From: a virus
Taxonomy: Duplodnaviria; Caudoviricetes
Direction: 5' to 3' (one strand)
Length of the DNA: 64,000 nucleotides
IMG/VR virus record: IMGVR_UViG_3300021255_003284
Location: 32,001 to 96,000 of that record
Shown: positions 26,389 through 37,600 of the stretch, piece after piece
Position numbering within the stretch: the stretch's first letter is position 1
Layout of the letters: each line of letters opens with the position of its first letter
Translations under genes and position numbers: made by a program
Notes under the pieces: model-generated
Told to the model about the DNA's origin: nothing
Databases searched by the model: none
What the model saw: only the letters and a program-made list of their open reading frames with translations

Positions 26389-28542
26389 TCATTTGTGCGG
26401 CGGTAGCATATTCAACTCAGCCGCGATAATATTGCCAATGTCCATACACGCTTTCCCGCTCAAATCAGTATTCGGGTGCTTTCCGTCTTGCATATGCAAC
26501 TCCGGCAAGCGATATGATCTACTCGTTCCTCCACTTTCAATCCAAATTCCGCCGCCGCTCGTTTGCTGCCAATATCCGGTACTCATTACTGCTCTGTCCC
26601 ATGCCCAACCCAGTTTGTCGCAGATGCGGATTAGCGGCAGGCCCCAGTATTCAGCGACGCTTTCCTGCATATCGATCACTCCGGGTTCGCGCTGAGTTTC
26701 ATAATGGCTGATCAATACGATGTTGGCGTGCGGATTCACGGCAAGGATGGCGGCAATAAATGTATTCATTGCCCCCTGATATGTAGAACGATCAAACGCA
26801 TTATCGGGATTGGCAACATTATCGGCTGAATTGACACGCCAATCATTATAGCCGTGGTCGAACACATACAAATCGACCGGGTTTGTTGTGACATACTGCA
26901 TCAATTTGTTTTCGTAACTACAGGCAATCGCTTTATCTTTGATCACGTCCGTCATTGCGGCATCGTACCCAGTTATTGCCCGCCACTTCGTTTCCCAGTT
27001 TGTAGTTAATTCCGTTTTTTCTGCAATCGTGCCGCCCAAAGACCACAATGCACCAATGCCCATATTCGTAACGCCGTAAGGATCATTTTCTGACTCCGCG
27101 CTTCGCGTCCCGCGCCGTGCGCAAGATGAGCCCACGGCCTCGTTATAAATCGTAGCCCCCAGCAATTCACCCACATATTCGGGGTAGCCGGTGACCGGAT
27201 TATAGCCGGACGGTTCCGGTATTGAGGTGCCGAACCATGCAATTTTTTTTCCGTGCCATTTACTATAAGGCATTGGCGCAACCGTCTGATATTTGGCTAC
27301 ATACAGCAAATATGTATTGGCGTTTACAATCACTTCGTCAACGCCGGATGGAATCACAACAAGCCACCGTTTGAACATCTGGTTTGCGTTCTCAGAATAA
27401 CCTACAATCGCGCCATCTTTTCTGAAAATATATGCTGGATAATCGTTCCCGTATTTATACGCAATAATTTCATATTTTTCGCCACGGCTCACAGTGATAG
27501 AAGTATGCTGTCCGATATTCGCGATTGCCCCTGTTTTATTCATAACGCCAGAAACGGGTGTTACGTTGATTCTGTTATATACACCTGCTTCTCCATTTTC
27601 GACAATACTATCAACAACCGTTTCAAGTGCTATAAAATCACTTTGATTTGCCTTTTCATGAACAACTGTTATGTTTACAGTCGAAGACAAAACAATATCA
27701 CTTATCATATCTGGGGTTAAAGCTGAATTGTCATCAGATTTAATGCATACCATAACCTGTGTTGCGGTACTGTTATCTGACGTGACATTCTGCGCCCACG
27801 ATGCATCAACAATATAATTCCCGCTTGAATCGCATAACAATAGCCTTGCCTTATATCCGCTTTTCACACTAACATATTCCCCAGCAGACCATTTTGCAAA
27901 CTCTTTTGTTCTGACGACATAAGCCAGATCTTGTGGTTTCAGTTGCTGTCCAACGTTAATAGCGGAATAGTTTCCTTGCTCAAATAGATAGGTTTTTATG
28001 GGATTAAATTCATCAATGGCGCTCTTTAAGTCAGCAACCTGAGATCTAACCGCCTCTCCGGCCGTTTGATACACCGTCCCATCTGAACCAATGCGGATGT
28101 CGATGACCTCCGGAGCCAGCTCACTCGTCGACTCGTCAGTCATCAAATGAATGATCTCGTTGAGCCTGGTGCTGATCGCGGCGACGCTGACATAATCAAT
28201 ATTGTCGCTATATTCGTAGTCGCTTGGCTTTGCCCTCGGCGCAACTGGGATCTGTATCACATGCTTTGTCTTATACGCGTCATTGTCAGTCTCGTAGTAT
28301 AGATAGGCGAATATCGTCTCAGCGCTCTGAAGTAGTACATTCGGCACCTTAACCGTAAGATCGGTGCCGCCGGTCTCCTCTGGCGTAACGACCAGTGCCT
28401 CCTTGCTGCATCTGTTTGCGAAGTGAAAAACGGGATAAGGCGGAACCTCGGCACCTTTTATTGTAATCGTTTGGTTTGTATCCCATTGAAACATCGTGCG
28501 CAGCAGTTCGCCCATCGAGTCATAGCAAACTATCTGACTCAT
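26389..28542 (-). CDS. baseplate/receptor-binding protein: BppU-like N-terminus and C-terminal SGNH/GDSL hydrolase
   Basis: FQWDTN...FHFAN; E..DIR.G.DG..Y.TAGEAVR; WFGTSI...GYND...DGKHPN. Confidence 0.78.
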   Translation of the reverse strand: MSQIVCYDSMGELLRTMFQWDTNQTITIKGAEVPPYPVFHFANRCSKEALVVTPEETGGTDLTVKVPNVLLQSAETIFAYLYYETDNDAYKTKHVIQIPVAPRAKPSDYEYSDNIDYVSVAAISTRLNEIIHLMTDESTSELAPEVIDIRIGSDGTVYQTAGEAVRSQVADLKSAIDEFNPIKTYLFEQGNYSAINVGQQLKPQDLAYVVRTKEFAKWSAGEYVSVKSGYKARLLLCDSSGNYIVDASWAQNVTSDNSTATQVMVCIKSDDNSALTPDMISDIVLSSTVNITVVHEKANQSDFIALETVVDSIVENGEAGVYNRINVTPVSGVMNKTGAIANIGQHTSITVSRGEKYEIIAYKYGNDYPAYIFRKDGAIVGYSENANQMFKRWLVVIPSGVDEVIVNANTYLLYVAKYQTVAPMPYSKWHGKKIAWFGTSIPEPSGYNPVTGYPEYVGELLGATIYNEAVGSSCARRGTRSAESENDPYGVTNMGIGALWSLGGTIAEKTELTTNWETKWRAITGYDAAMTDVIKDKAIACSYENKLMQYVTTNPVDLYVFDHGYNDWRVNSADNVANPDNAFDRSTYQGAMNTFIAAILAVNPHANIVLISHYETQREPGVIDMQESVAEYWGLPLIRICDKLGWAWDRAVMSTGYWQQTSGGGIWIESGGTSRSYRLPELHMQDGKHPNTDLSGKACMDIGNIIAAELNMLPPHK
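28011..28040. repeat. 30-bp junction repeat, copy 2 (encodes DLKSAID)
   Basis: CATCAATGGCGCTCTTTAAGTCA is identical to 22492-22514. Confidence 0.85.
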
Positions 28543-28570
28543 AAAACACCTCCCTGAACATCATTATCAG

Positions 28571-30928
28571 TTAAACGCCGATCGCGATCCAGTCAATCTC
28601 TCGCGTTCCGCTGCCGCTGAGTATGACCTTTGCGCCGGCCGTAGTCTTGTCATATATTTTGGGGATCCCATTATCTCCGGAAACATTCGCACCCTCCTTG
28701 GAATACGTCACGGATATGTGCGGGACCTCATCGAATCCGATACTCGAATAGTTTATCTCTAAAGCCGTCTCCGATGTTCCGCCGACCGTCCCGTGACCAT
28801 GTGCGATCTTGACCGGCATACGATCCATATCAAGCGTACCCGTCGTGATATTCGACGCGTCGTTTGCACCAAGATTTGCTCTGGCGTCAGCCGCGGTCGT
28901 CGCACCGGTACCTCCGCTGGAGACCGGAACGCCGTTCGCCATGCCGGAATGAAATACCTGATAATTGGCCGCCGCACCGCCCTCGTTTGTCCGCAAATAC
29001 AGCGCATTATCCAGACTCGTCTGATACGCCGGGTTGTTTACCCAAAGCGCGCGGTAAGTCCCGATGCCCTCGCCGGAAAAGGCGTAAAACCCGAAGTATC
29101 CGTTCGCTGCCGCGTCTATCCGCGCGAAACCGAGCCGCCCGGACGCGGCCTGCTGCGGCGTCATGTGCATCTGAGAGACTGATCCCGTATTCGCGATCGT
29201 CAGTTCACCCGTAAATGTGTCTGTCGTCCTTTTGAGAGCCCCGAGTGTGTTCAGTGCGTCCGTCGCGTTGTCAGCGCCCGTTCCGCCATCCGCAATGCCG
29301 AGCGGCTCGAGCATCTTGAGCGGCCAGTTGAATTCGACGACGCCGGACTCTTCTGCGACTTTGCCGAAAGCGACGCCGTTGCCGTCACGCAAAAAATCCA
29401 TGATGACGACCTTTGTGCCGATCTCGGCCTGCTGTTCGACCTGATAGAATTTGTCGGCGAAAACGATACGGATCTCATAACTCGTTACATCTTGAAATAC
29501 CGCGCCGCTCGCAGTCAGCAATCGATTCGTTTCGCTGACAGTGAAATCCACGGGTGACAGCTGGTCGTCCGTCGTCCACGACGAAGTGCCCTTCAGACGG
29601 TGTTGGATCTCGCACGTCAGTATCGCGTTTTGATCTGTCGCCCCGTCGTTCAGCGAAGAGGCGCGCGCGGACAGGTTGATGCGTACATGCGTGCCGTCAG
29701 TCTGCGCTTCGGTGCCCGTATCGTTGCATCGCTCCGCTGAAAAACTCGTGATCGTCGGCTTGCTGTACGCCAGCGCGGTGATCGTCGCCGTGCCGGCCTG
29801 TGAAACGCGGCCGCGCGTATCTGTAACCGTAACGCTGATTTCGATGCTTCCGGAGGTCGCAAGCGGGGCGGATGCAGTGAATTGCGCCGTATAATCAATG
29901 TCGTTTGATGTCGTAAATGTTGTGCCCGTATATGTTCTGCCGTCCAATGTCGCCCTGTATTGCGTGGGCGTACTGCCATATACGCCGCGCGCCACGATCG
30001 TCACGACAGGCTTGCTGAAATTCTGTATGTATGCCGTGATGCCCTGCGGGATGTCGGACGCGCCTTCTTGAGCTGTGACACTCTGTACTGTCGGCACCGT
30101 GCTACTTGGCACGCCGAGCGTGATCGTGCAGCTTTTCGTGCCGGTCAAAGCGCCATTGTAGTATGTATCGCAGTATATCGTACACACGCCGCTGACATCG
30201 TTCGGTATCTGCGACGCGAGCGACGCCGGGGGAGTCCAGCTCGTTGAAGCGCCGACGTTCGTCGCGATCGTATCCGACGCCCCGCCGAACGCGTACCTTA
30301 TCGTGTGCGTCTGCGCCGAGCTCGCTCGGTTGGTATTGATCGTGATCGCCGAGCCGAGAGCCACGGTCGACGCGCTCGTCGTCGGCTTTGACGCGCCTTC
30401 GTCGTAGTCGATCGTGATGCTGACGCTCGTCCACTTGAAGTAAGATTCCGAGTACTGCCGCCCCGGCAGATCCGGGTGCGGGTTGGGGTTGTACACCGTG
30501 AACGTATTATGGCCGGCTGTGAGATACGCCGCCATGTTGGTCAGCAGCGCGTTGCCGGTCTCGTCCGCCAGCGTGAACGTCAGCGTGTTATCCCGATAGT
30601 TCCCCTGAAGGCTCCCGAGCGAATCGCCGACGTACTGCAGACCTGTCACGCCGCTCTGCGTCGTGTTCTGATAGTTGGACTTATGGAGATAGGCAGTCTT
30701 CGTGTACCATTGACCCAAACCTGCGGAAGCCGATGTGATCGTCAGGCTGATGCCGTTGATGATCCGGCCGGTCATGTCCAGTCCGTTGAACGAGATAACG
30801 CCGACCTTATTCTCGCCCTCGTAAGGGTAGTCCTGAGCCGCGTAGCTGGTCGATGTATTGGCCGTCTGGTTATACTGGCGCGTCATCAGCGTCGCGGTAT
30901 ATGTTGCCGTTTTAGACATCTGATCCAC
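28571..30928 (-). CDS. minor tail protein (siphovirus DUF859-like)
   Basis: Thr/Ser-rich beta domains, VTDTRGR, GVAFGK.AE, GGTGA repeats; lies after Tal. Confidence 0.7.
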   Translation of the reverse strand: MDQMSKTATYTATLMTRQYNQTANTSTSYAAQDYPYEGENKVGVISFNGLDMTGRIINGISLTITSASAGLGQWYTKTAYLHKSNYQNTTQSGVTGLQYVGDSLGSLQGNYRDNTLTFTLADETGNALLTNMAAYLTAGHNTFTVYNPNPHPDLPGRQYSESYFKWTSVSITIDYDEGASKPTTSASTVALGSAITINTNRASSAQTHTIRYAFGGASDTIATNVGASTSWTPPASLASQIPNDVSGVCTIYCDTYYNGALTGTKSCTITLGVPSSTVPTVQSVTAQEGASDIPQGITAYIQNFSKPVVTIVARGVYGSTPTQYRATLDGRTYTGTTFTTSNDIDYTAQFTASAPLATSGSIEISVTVTDTRGRVSQAGTATITALAYSKPTITSFSAERCNDTGTEAQTDGTHVRINLSARASSLNDGATDQNAILTCEIQHRLKGTSSWTTDDQLSPVDFTVSETNRLLTASGAVFQDVTSYEIRIVFADKFYQVEQQAEIGTKVVIMDFLRDGNGVAFGKVAEESGVVEFNWPLKMLEPLGIADGGTGADNATDALNTLGALKRTTDTFTGELTIANTGSVSQMHMTPQQAASGRLGFARIDAAANGYFGFYAFSGEGIGTYRALWVNNPAYQTSLDNALYLRTNEGGAAANYQVFHSGMANGVPVSSGGTGATTAADARANLGANDASNITTGTLDMDRMPVKIAHGHGTVGGTSETALEINYSSIGFDEVPHISVTYSKEGANVSGDNGIPKIYDKTTAGAKVILSGSGTREIDWIAIGV

Positions 30929-30938
30929 CTCCGTTCAG

Positions 30939-33758
30939 TTACGCGGGATCCAGCATCCTGACGCTGTTCGTATATTGCGTCGTGCCGTATGTACTTGTCA
31001 GTTTGCATCTGTATATATTTTTCCTTCTGCTCGTATTGAATTCTGTCTGCAGCGTCGCGGTCTTATTGCCCGTCGCGGTCGAATTGCTCCACGACGAACC
31101 GTCGTTGCTGCTGTATTGCCACTGGTAAGACTGGACCGCGCTGGCCGTCACAGAGAACGCGCACGCGTCGCCGTCTGAACCGGCCACGCTGACCGGCTGC
31201 GTCGTGATGACGAACGGCGTCTCCGTAAAGATCAGCGATAGGTTGCCGTTGCTCTGCGGCGTAAAGGCGTACGAACCAAGTATGAGCGTCGTGAGCACTT
31301 CGGCCTGATTGATATACAGCTTGTCGTTGCTCATGTACGCGATCTCCGAACCGTCCGACAAAAACGACAGCTTGTCATCGTCCATGCGCGTCCTGAACTT
31401 GCTCTCGGTCCGGCCGATCGTCAGACCATCCTGATCGAACTGCATGTATGTCTGAAATTCCTGAAGCGTTCCGTTCGTGTCGTCAAGCGCCTCGCTGAGC
31501 TGCTGCTGCGCGTTCGCTACCCGATTCACCTGCCATGTAAAGTCGCTTGCCGTCTGCTGCTGCTGCGTGCTGAGCGCCTCGAGCCCGGTCTCCAGCGCAC
31601 TCGTCGCTGCGGCGTTGCTCGCCACGTCGCCGCGCACGCTGTTGATTGCCGAGTTGACCGGACCGATGGCTGAACTGATGCGCCCGTCGACAACGGTGAA
31701 CATGTCGTTCCCTTCGTCGTCCAGTATCCTCAGCGCGTTGCCCATGATCAGATCGCCGATCAGTACGGATGCGTTGACGCCGTACACCGTTTCGCCGCCT
31801 ATGTTGATCTCGCCGATCGCGACCTTGCTGCTGTCCCACGCGTCGTCTGTCAGCACGATGCTCTTGCCGGTGATCTTGACCTGCCTGGGGTCGTATTCGC
31901 CGTTGGCAAGCCGCCTGCGTCCTGTATATCCAGAGCCGTCTATGATGACCTCTTCGTTTGTCGATGTCAGGGCCGCGCCCATCGTCAGATCGCGCGAAGC
32001 TTGCAGCGCCTCCCTGATCACATTCAGCTCGCCGTTCTTGATCGGATAAAGTATGTCCTTGACATAACTCAGCGTGTTCGCCGATCGGCTGACCGATCCA
32101 AGTACGTTGTCGAACAGCGACTTCTGATCGTAGCGGTTGAATCGGTTGCCAAACGTCATGTTGAGCGCGTGGTCGTCATAATTGACCGTGAAGTTCGACA
32201 AAAACAGCGCCGCCACATCGTCTCGCTCCAGCTCGACGTCGACCAGACAGCCCGTCTCGAGCTGCTCGGCCCACGCCTCGAACTCCTTGACGAACAGGAA
32301 GTTGTCCACGCTCACTGAAAACTCCTGACTCGGCCGCGATATCTTGCGCATCTGCAGCACGGCTCTGTCGTACAGGATCTTCATCTGTTCAAAGCGCTCG
32401 CTGTACGTCATGATATCGGTGAACGTCACGTACTCGTCAGAATAGTTACCCTCAAATATATAGTTCTGCAACTCGCCGAGTTCGTCGTCCGTAAAATGCT
32501 CGCTCAGCGCCAGATCGGCGTGTACCGCGTCGATCTGTTCCTTGATTGCCTCGATCTCTGCGTTAAGGTCGCTCAGATCGCTTTCTGCCTCAGCCAGCTC
32601 GTCCTGGCATACGCCGATCAACCTGTCGATCTCGTCGAGTGTATCGGCGATCTCCTGATAAACTTCGATGGCCGTGCCGCCGTTCTCGATGATGACCGTG
32701 TTGTAGCTGCCGACCATGTTCGTGTCGTCTGTCGCGACGATATTATCGCGGCAGCGCTGGTACATGGTCATCTGTATGTTGATCCGGCCGATCTCGCTGC
32801 GCAGGTTGCTCGCCTGTTCGAGCTTCTGGTAATACTCGAGATTCAGCGCGTAATAACCGTCGCGCGCCGCGTCGACCGCTGAAGCCCACGCGGTAACTTT
32901 CTCTCCGAGTTGCGGTGTCATCCAGTCAGTATAGTATCCAAAGTCGTAGATCGTGTTCGTGCCGAGCGGGTTGATGGCCGCGATCGTGACGTCCTCGTCG
33001 CCCATTACGGTCAGCGCCGTGTACAGATCCTCCGCAGACTCCGATATGTCGAGCGAATTGATGAGGTCGTCCTTCGTCAGATGTATGTTCGTCCGCCGCA
33101 CGTAATTGTTCTGGTCATATACGTTGATCGTCCTGTTGATGATGTCGAACAGGATGATACATTCGTACGCGTCCTGCACGTCGCTCAGCAAAAACGTCAG
33201 ACAGTTTGTTTCCGTATTGACATCTTCAAACGTCCGCCACTTCGACGCGACCGCCTCGTCCACATACCCGATCGTCCACAGCGGCAGTGTCTCTACGACC
33301 GTTTCGATAATGCCTTTCACAGGCTCGCCGCCTGCGGGCATCTGTGTCGTGAACGGGTACGTGCCGTCCGCGATATAAGGGACCATCTTTTGCTCGATCT
33401 CTATGTCGCACGACTCGGCGCGCACGTCCTTGTGGCTCTGCCCATTGTCGTAACCGTCTGTGACCTCGGTGATCATGAAAAAGCCGATACCTTCTACGAA
33501 AATGAGCCGCCTGTTCTGAAGCGACCGGTACAGATTGTACGCGTATGCGTTCTCGTCCGGATCGTCGTGTTTGACTCGGTTGACGCGCAGGTTCAATTCC
33601 GATGTCGCGTTGAAGTTGAGCGCCAGCTCTTCCGCTTCGTGGTCGCACAGTACGCCGACCACGTTGGTCAGGTGCCCGTCTGTGTATGTGCTGCCCGGAC
33701 TGCAAAGTGACATATTTGGCACTTCAAACCGGTTCAGGCTTGAATATCGCACGACCAT
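30939..33758 (-). CDS. tail hub/Tal-like protein with C-terminal Ig-like domain
   Basis: Follows Dit; INPLGTNTIYDF.Y; coiled coil; ITTQP...YQWQ...YRC Ig motif. Confidence 0.7.
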   Translation of the reverse strand: MVVRYSSLNRFEVPNMSLCSPGSTYTDGHLTNVVGVLCDHEAEELALNFNATSELNLRVNRVKHDDPDENAYAYNLYRSLQNRRLIFVEGIGFFMITEVTDGYDNGQSHKDVRAESCDIEIEQKMVPYIADGTYPFTTQMPAGGEPVKGIIETVVETLPLWTIGYVDEAVASKWRTFEDVNTETNCLTFLLSDVQDAYECIILFDIINRTINVYDQNNYVRRTNIHLTKDDLINSLDISESAEDLYTALTVMGDEDVTIAAINPLGTNTIYDFGYYTDWMTPQLGEKVTAWASAVDAARDGYYALNLEYYQKLEQASNLRSEIGRINIQMTMYQRCRDNIVATDDTNMVGSYNTVIIENGGTAIEVYQEIADTLDEIDRLIGVCQDELAEAESDLSDLNAEIEAIKEQIDAVHADLALSEHFTDDELGELQNYIFEGNYSDEYVTFTDIMTYSERFEQMKILYDRAVLQMRKISRPSQEFSVSVDNFLFVKEFEAWAEQLETGCLVDVELERDDVAALFLSNFTVNYDDHALNMTFGNRFNRYDQKSLFDNVLGSVSRSANTLSYVKDILYPIKNGELNVIREALQASRDLTMGAALTSTNEEVIIDGSGYTGRRRLANGEYDPRQVKITGKSIVLTDDAWDSSKVAIGEINIGGETVYGVNASVLIGDLIMGNALRILDDEGNDMFTVVDGRISSAIGPVNSAINSVRGDVASNAAATSALETGLEALSTQQQQTASDFTWQVNRVANAQQQLSEALDDTNGTLQEFQTYMQFDQDGLTIGRTESKFRTRMDDDKLSFLSDGSEIAYMSNDKLYINQAEVLTTLILGSYAFTPQSNGNLSLIFTETPFVITTQPVSVAGSDGDACAFSVTASAVQSYQWQYSSNDGSSWSNSTATGNKTATLQTEFNTSRRKNIYRCKLTSTYGTTQYTNSVRMLDPA

Positions 33759-34589
33759 TTACAGATTCCTCCTGTTGTTCCAGGCGATGGTCATTGAGGC
33801 GATATCGCCCGTGACGCGGATCGTATTCTCGCCGTCCATCAGTCTCGGAAAGTTCATTTTATACATCTTTTGATAACTCGTCCCCGATACGTAATTGACG
33901 CCGCCGCGCATCGTGATCGTGGACGAAGGTGTAAGCTCGATAAATTTTGTCTCCCGGTCTTCGTCGTCTGTGGTGTTGACGATCGTGATCTCGCCGCCAG
34001 AATCGCCCGTGACGATCGTGACCTTTGGATAGATATAGTCGTCTATGTCGGTATCGGCCGTCAGCGTGATCGTTTCTCCGCCGCCCGCGCCGCCGTCAAA
34101 TGTGAACGCCTCGCTGACCTCGTCCTGCCACCACCAGCCGCTGTCGGCCTCAATGGTGGCGCGGTAGCCCGCGACGCCTCCGTTATATTCCATACGCTCC
34201 GCGTTGATGAATCGCGCGTTCATGTATAGCCGTTTGGTCTCGCCGTTGATCAGCTCGACCGTGTCGCCGCTCGTATCGTCGGCCTTGTCCAGATAAAGCT
34301 TTTTATAATCCTCCCTGTTGAACAGCCACTTCTCTATTTCGCGCCGTTCGTTCTGCGGGATGGGGCCGTCGTAATCCGTGACGATCTCGACGTCGTATGT
34401 CAGAGGCGACTCGTCGTACGATGTCGCGCTTAGGTAACGCCTCTTTTCAGCCTTGTTGAATACGGTGACGCTGCTGATGCTGCCCGACACCATCGTGTTT
34501 CGCGTGGTGCCTGCGGCCACAAAGTACAATCCATAACGGCGCGATGAAACACCGCCGTATTCAAAATGCGATCCGTATATATCTGCCAT
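33759..34589 (-). CDS. distal tail protein (Dit)
   Basis: Immediately after the TMP; F.YGG.SS..YGL start; FPRL..GEN.I end. Confidence 0.72.
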   Translation of the reverse strand: MADIYGSHFEYGGVSSRRYGLYFVAAGTTRNTMVSGSISSVTVFNKAEKRRYLSATSYDESPLTYDVEIVTDYDGPIPQNERREIEKWLFNREDYKKLYLDKADDTSGDTVELINGETKRLYMNARFINAERMEYNGGVAGYRATIEADSGWWWQDEVSEAFTFDGGAGGGETITLTADTDIDDYIYPKVTIVTGDSGGEITIVNTTDDEDRETKFIELTPSSTITMRGGVNYVSGTSYQKMYKMNFPRLMDGENTIRVTGDIASMTIAWNNRRNL

Positions 34590-34667
34590 GTCATCGCGCT
34601 CCTTTGTTCTTCGTAACGTGGATAGGGGAGACACCCCTTCTGTATGGTGTCTCCCCAAAGATTCGCC

Positions 34668-37600
34668 TTACCGCCCCAGCCTGCTGAATTCCTTCAGCAT
34701 CGTGTCGACCGCCTCGCGCTGTGCGCGCCGCAGTTCGCTGACCGTGGACTGATCGGCTCGGCCGTTTATGATGATGTCTCCCATTGTGATTTCGTTGTGT
34801 ATGACGTTTGGCTCAAAGCCTGGCCGCGCTCCTTCAAGCGCCATGTCGACGATCTTCGTCAGGATCTCGCCGCCATTCATGGCGAAGTCATACAAAAATT
34901 CGCTCGCCCGCGCGTTGAGCACCTTCTCGCCGCCGGTAAACAGCTTATACCGCTTACCGTCCGCCGACTCGAATATCGTTTCTGAACCGAGCTCGTCGAT
35001 CAGGTGCAGGCCGCTCGTCGCGTAGCGCGTGCCGCTGGCGTAACCCTGTTCGGCGAATTTCTTCTTCGTAATCGGACCGACGATACCGTCCGCAGAAATA
35101 CCCATCGCCTTCTGGAACGCCTTGACGGCGTTCGCGGTACCAGCGCCGAACACACCGTCCAGACTTTGCGTGCCGCTGTTGCCGAAGCCGAGCTCGTTCA
35201 GCGCGTACTGAAGCGCCTTGACGCCTTCGCCGCGACTGCCGTTGCTCAGGTTCCCGCTGGTGCTTGAGACCTTGCCGTAAGGATAAGTCTTTGCGCTCGT
35301 GGTATCCTGAACCACTTCAGTCGGAGGGGTTGTGCGAACCGGGATGTTCGCGGGATTGGTACCGGATATGACCGAACTGTCCCAGCCGCCGCCTTCCGGA
35401 CTATATCCTGTCGCGTTGGCGAGGTTGAAGTCGTCCCACAGTTCGCCGTAAAGATTCTTATAATCCTCCAGCGCCTTGTACGCTTCCTCCCAGGCGGTCT
35501 TGATCGTGTCCTCTATGCCGTCGCCGTACAGGTTATTCCAGTCGATCATCTCTTCGTACAATTCGACCGAACCGTTGCGGATGTCCTCGAGCGCCTGTTC
35601 GTACAGCGCCTTGGCGTCTTTCTGCTGCGCGTCCAGCAAATCGGTCTGTGAGTCGAGCTCTTTCTTCTGCAGCTCGTACAGCTTATCCAGCTCTTCCTCA
35701 GCCACCTCGATCGCGTGATCGCGTTCAAAGTCGTCCAGCTCTTTACGGGCGTTCGACAGCTCTTCCTCCAATTCGAGGCGCTTCTTCTGCGCCCAGGCCG
35801 AATTGTCGTACGACAGCTGCGCCAGCTGCGCTTCGATGTCTGCTACGGCCTTGCGCTTCTCGGCCTGCTCCTCAAGGTACTTCTCCTCGTCGCGCGCGTC
35901 CTTCAGAAGGCGCTTCTGCTCGTCGTAGAAGGCCTTCAGGTTATTCAGGCGTTCCTTAATGGCATCCTTCTCGTCGCTGATCTCCTGCTTGAGCATCTTC
36001 AGTCTGTAGTCGACCAGTTTGTCCGTCGCGCTCTTGGCCTGATTGTTAAGGTCGTCTTCGATCTTCTTGATCGCGTCGGTATACGACCACCACTTGTCCT
36101 GAAGTTCCTGGATATAGTCGTCCATGTCGTCGAGCCCCTGCTCGCGCGCCGCGCTGATCTCCTTCTCGACGGCCGCGATCAATTCGCGGTACAACGAGAT
36201 CATTTTGCCGTTCTCGTTGTAGTTGCCGCGCATTTCGATCTCGTGCTCGACGTCGTTCAGGTAATCCTTGAATAGGTCGTGCAGGCCCTTGTAGACTTCT
36301 TCTTCATATTTGTAGAAGCTGTCGAGGTCGATGATGCCTTCTTCATAAGCGCGCTTGTACGCGTCGTTCAGCCATTCGAGATAATCTTCGACTTCCTCCG
36401 CGTCCATGGCAAGCAGGTGCTGGTGCAGCTTGTACTGCTCCTCGAACCAGTTGCTGGCGTCGTCTTTGCCGCCACCACCACCGCCGCCGCCTTTGCCGCC
36501 GCCACCGCCGCCACGGCCACTGCTCTTGCTCCCGCCGCCGCCAAGGACTTGGCCGCGCAGTGCTTGAAGCGCCGAGATCTGGCCGTCGAGCTGATTGATA
36601 GTGTTCTCATAACTCTCTATCTGGCCCTGTAGATCTGTGATTACGTCTTTGAATTCTATGGGGTTGGCGGAGTAGGTATATTCTGCCTTGCTGAATTTGC
36701 CGGTGTTCGCGGTATACGTTTTTGCGCTGCCAGTGCCGCCGCTGCCCCTCGCCGATACAGTGCTGCCCTCGACCTTACCCTGTGACATCGCGTTGATTGC
36801 CTTACCGGCCTCGTGCGCGCCAAGGATGATGCCGTTGATCGCCTCGACGATATTGGCGGCGTTTGAGTACATGTTTGTCGCGGCGTTGGATATCGCCGTG
36901 CTTAAGTTCGTGTCGATTTCAGTTGCCGTATCCGCAGCGATTGTGTTGACCTGATCCAGGTTGCCTGACATAGCCTCAGCCGCGGCCGCATAGGCATCGG
37001 CTTCGTTCTGCCCCGCCTGAACAACTGCGTCGACCTCGTTGTTCATCATCTCGATGCGGGCCATGGCTATCTGCTGATCGACCGCCGTCCCGTTTGCAGC
37101 GGACTGAGCGATCTGCAGTTCAGCTTGCGCAAGCTGAAGCTTCGCCTGCACGACGGCCTTCTGCGACTCAAGCTCCGCGATATCTGCGTCGATCTGCGCC
37201 TGTAACTCCGCTTGCTTGTTCGCAATGAACGCGTTGACGACGCCTTCGTCCAGAGCGATCTGGCCGTCTGCCGCGACAGTGGCGCTATTCAGTATCTCGG
37301 GGTAGACTTCGGCAAATTTCAAAGCCTCATCCAGCGACATAATAAACCCGTCGGCGACGGCGTCCTGAATATCCGAGAGCGTCTGCATCGCGTCTGTCAC
37401 AGAATTGATCGTATCGGCGACGCTCGAGAATCCGTCCAGGACTTCCTGATACGGATCCATCGCGTCGATCGCGCTGTTGACCGTATCCATGTACAGGGTG
37501 GAGTAGATTGCCAACTTGTTCGTCTCAGACTCGATTTCGGCGTCGACCTCGGCGAGCTCGTCTCTGAGCGCGCCGGCGTCCTCGGCCATGCCTTCAAACG

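Noticed and set aside
20828-28542. Diversity-generating retroelement or classical invertase shufflon acting on the tail fibres
   Set aside because: No reverse transcriptase, no TR/VR pair of about 100 bp differing at adenines, no inverted silent cassettes and no adjacent invertase in the window.
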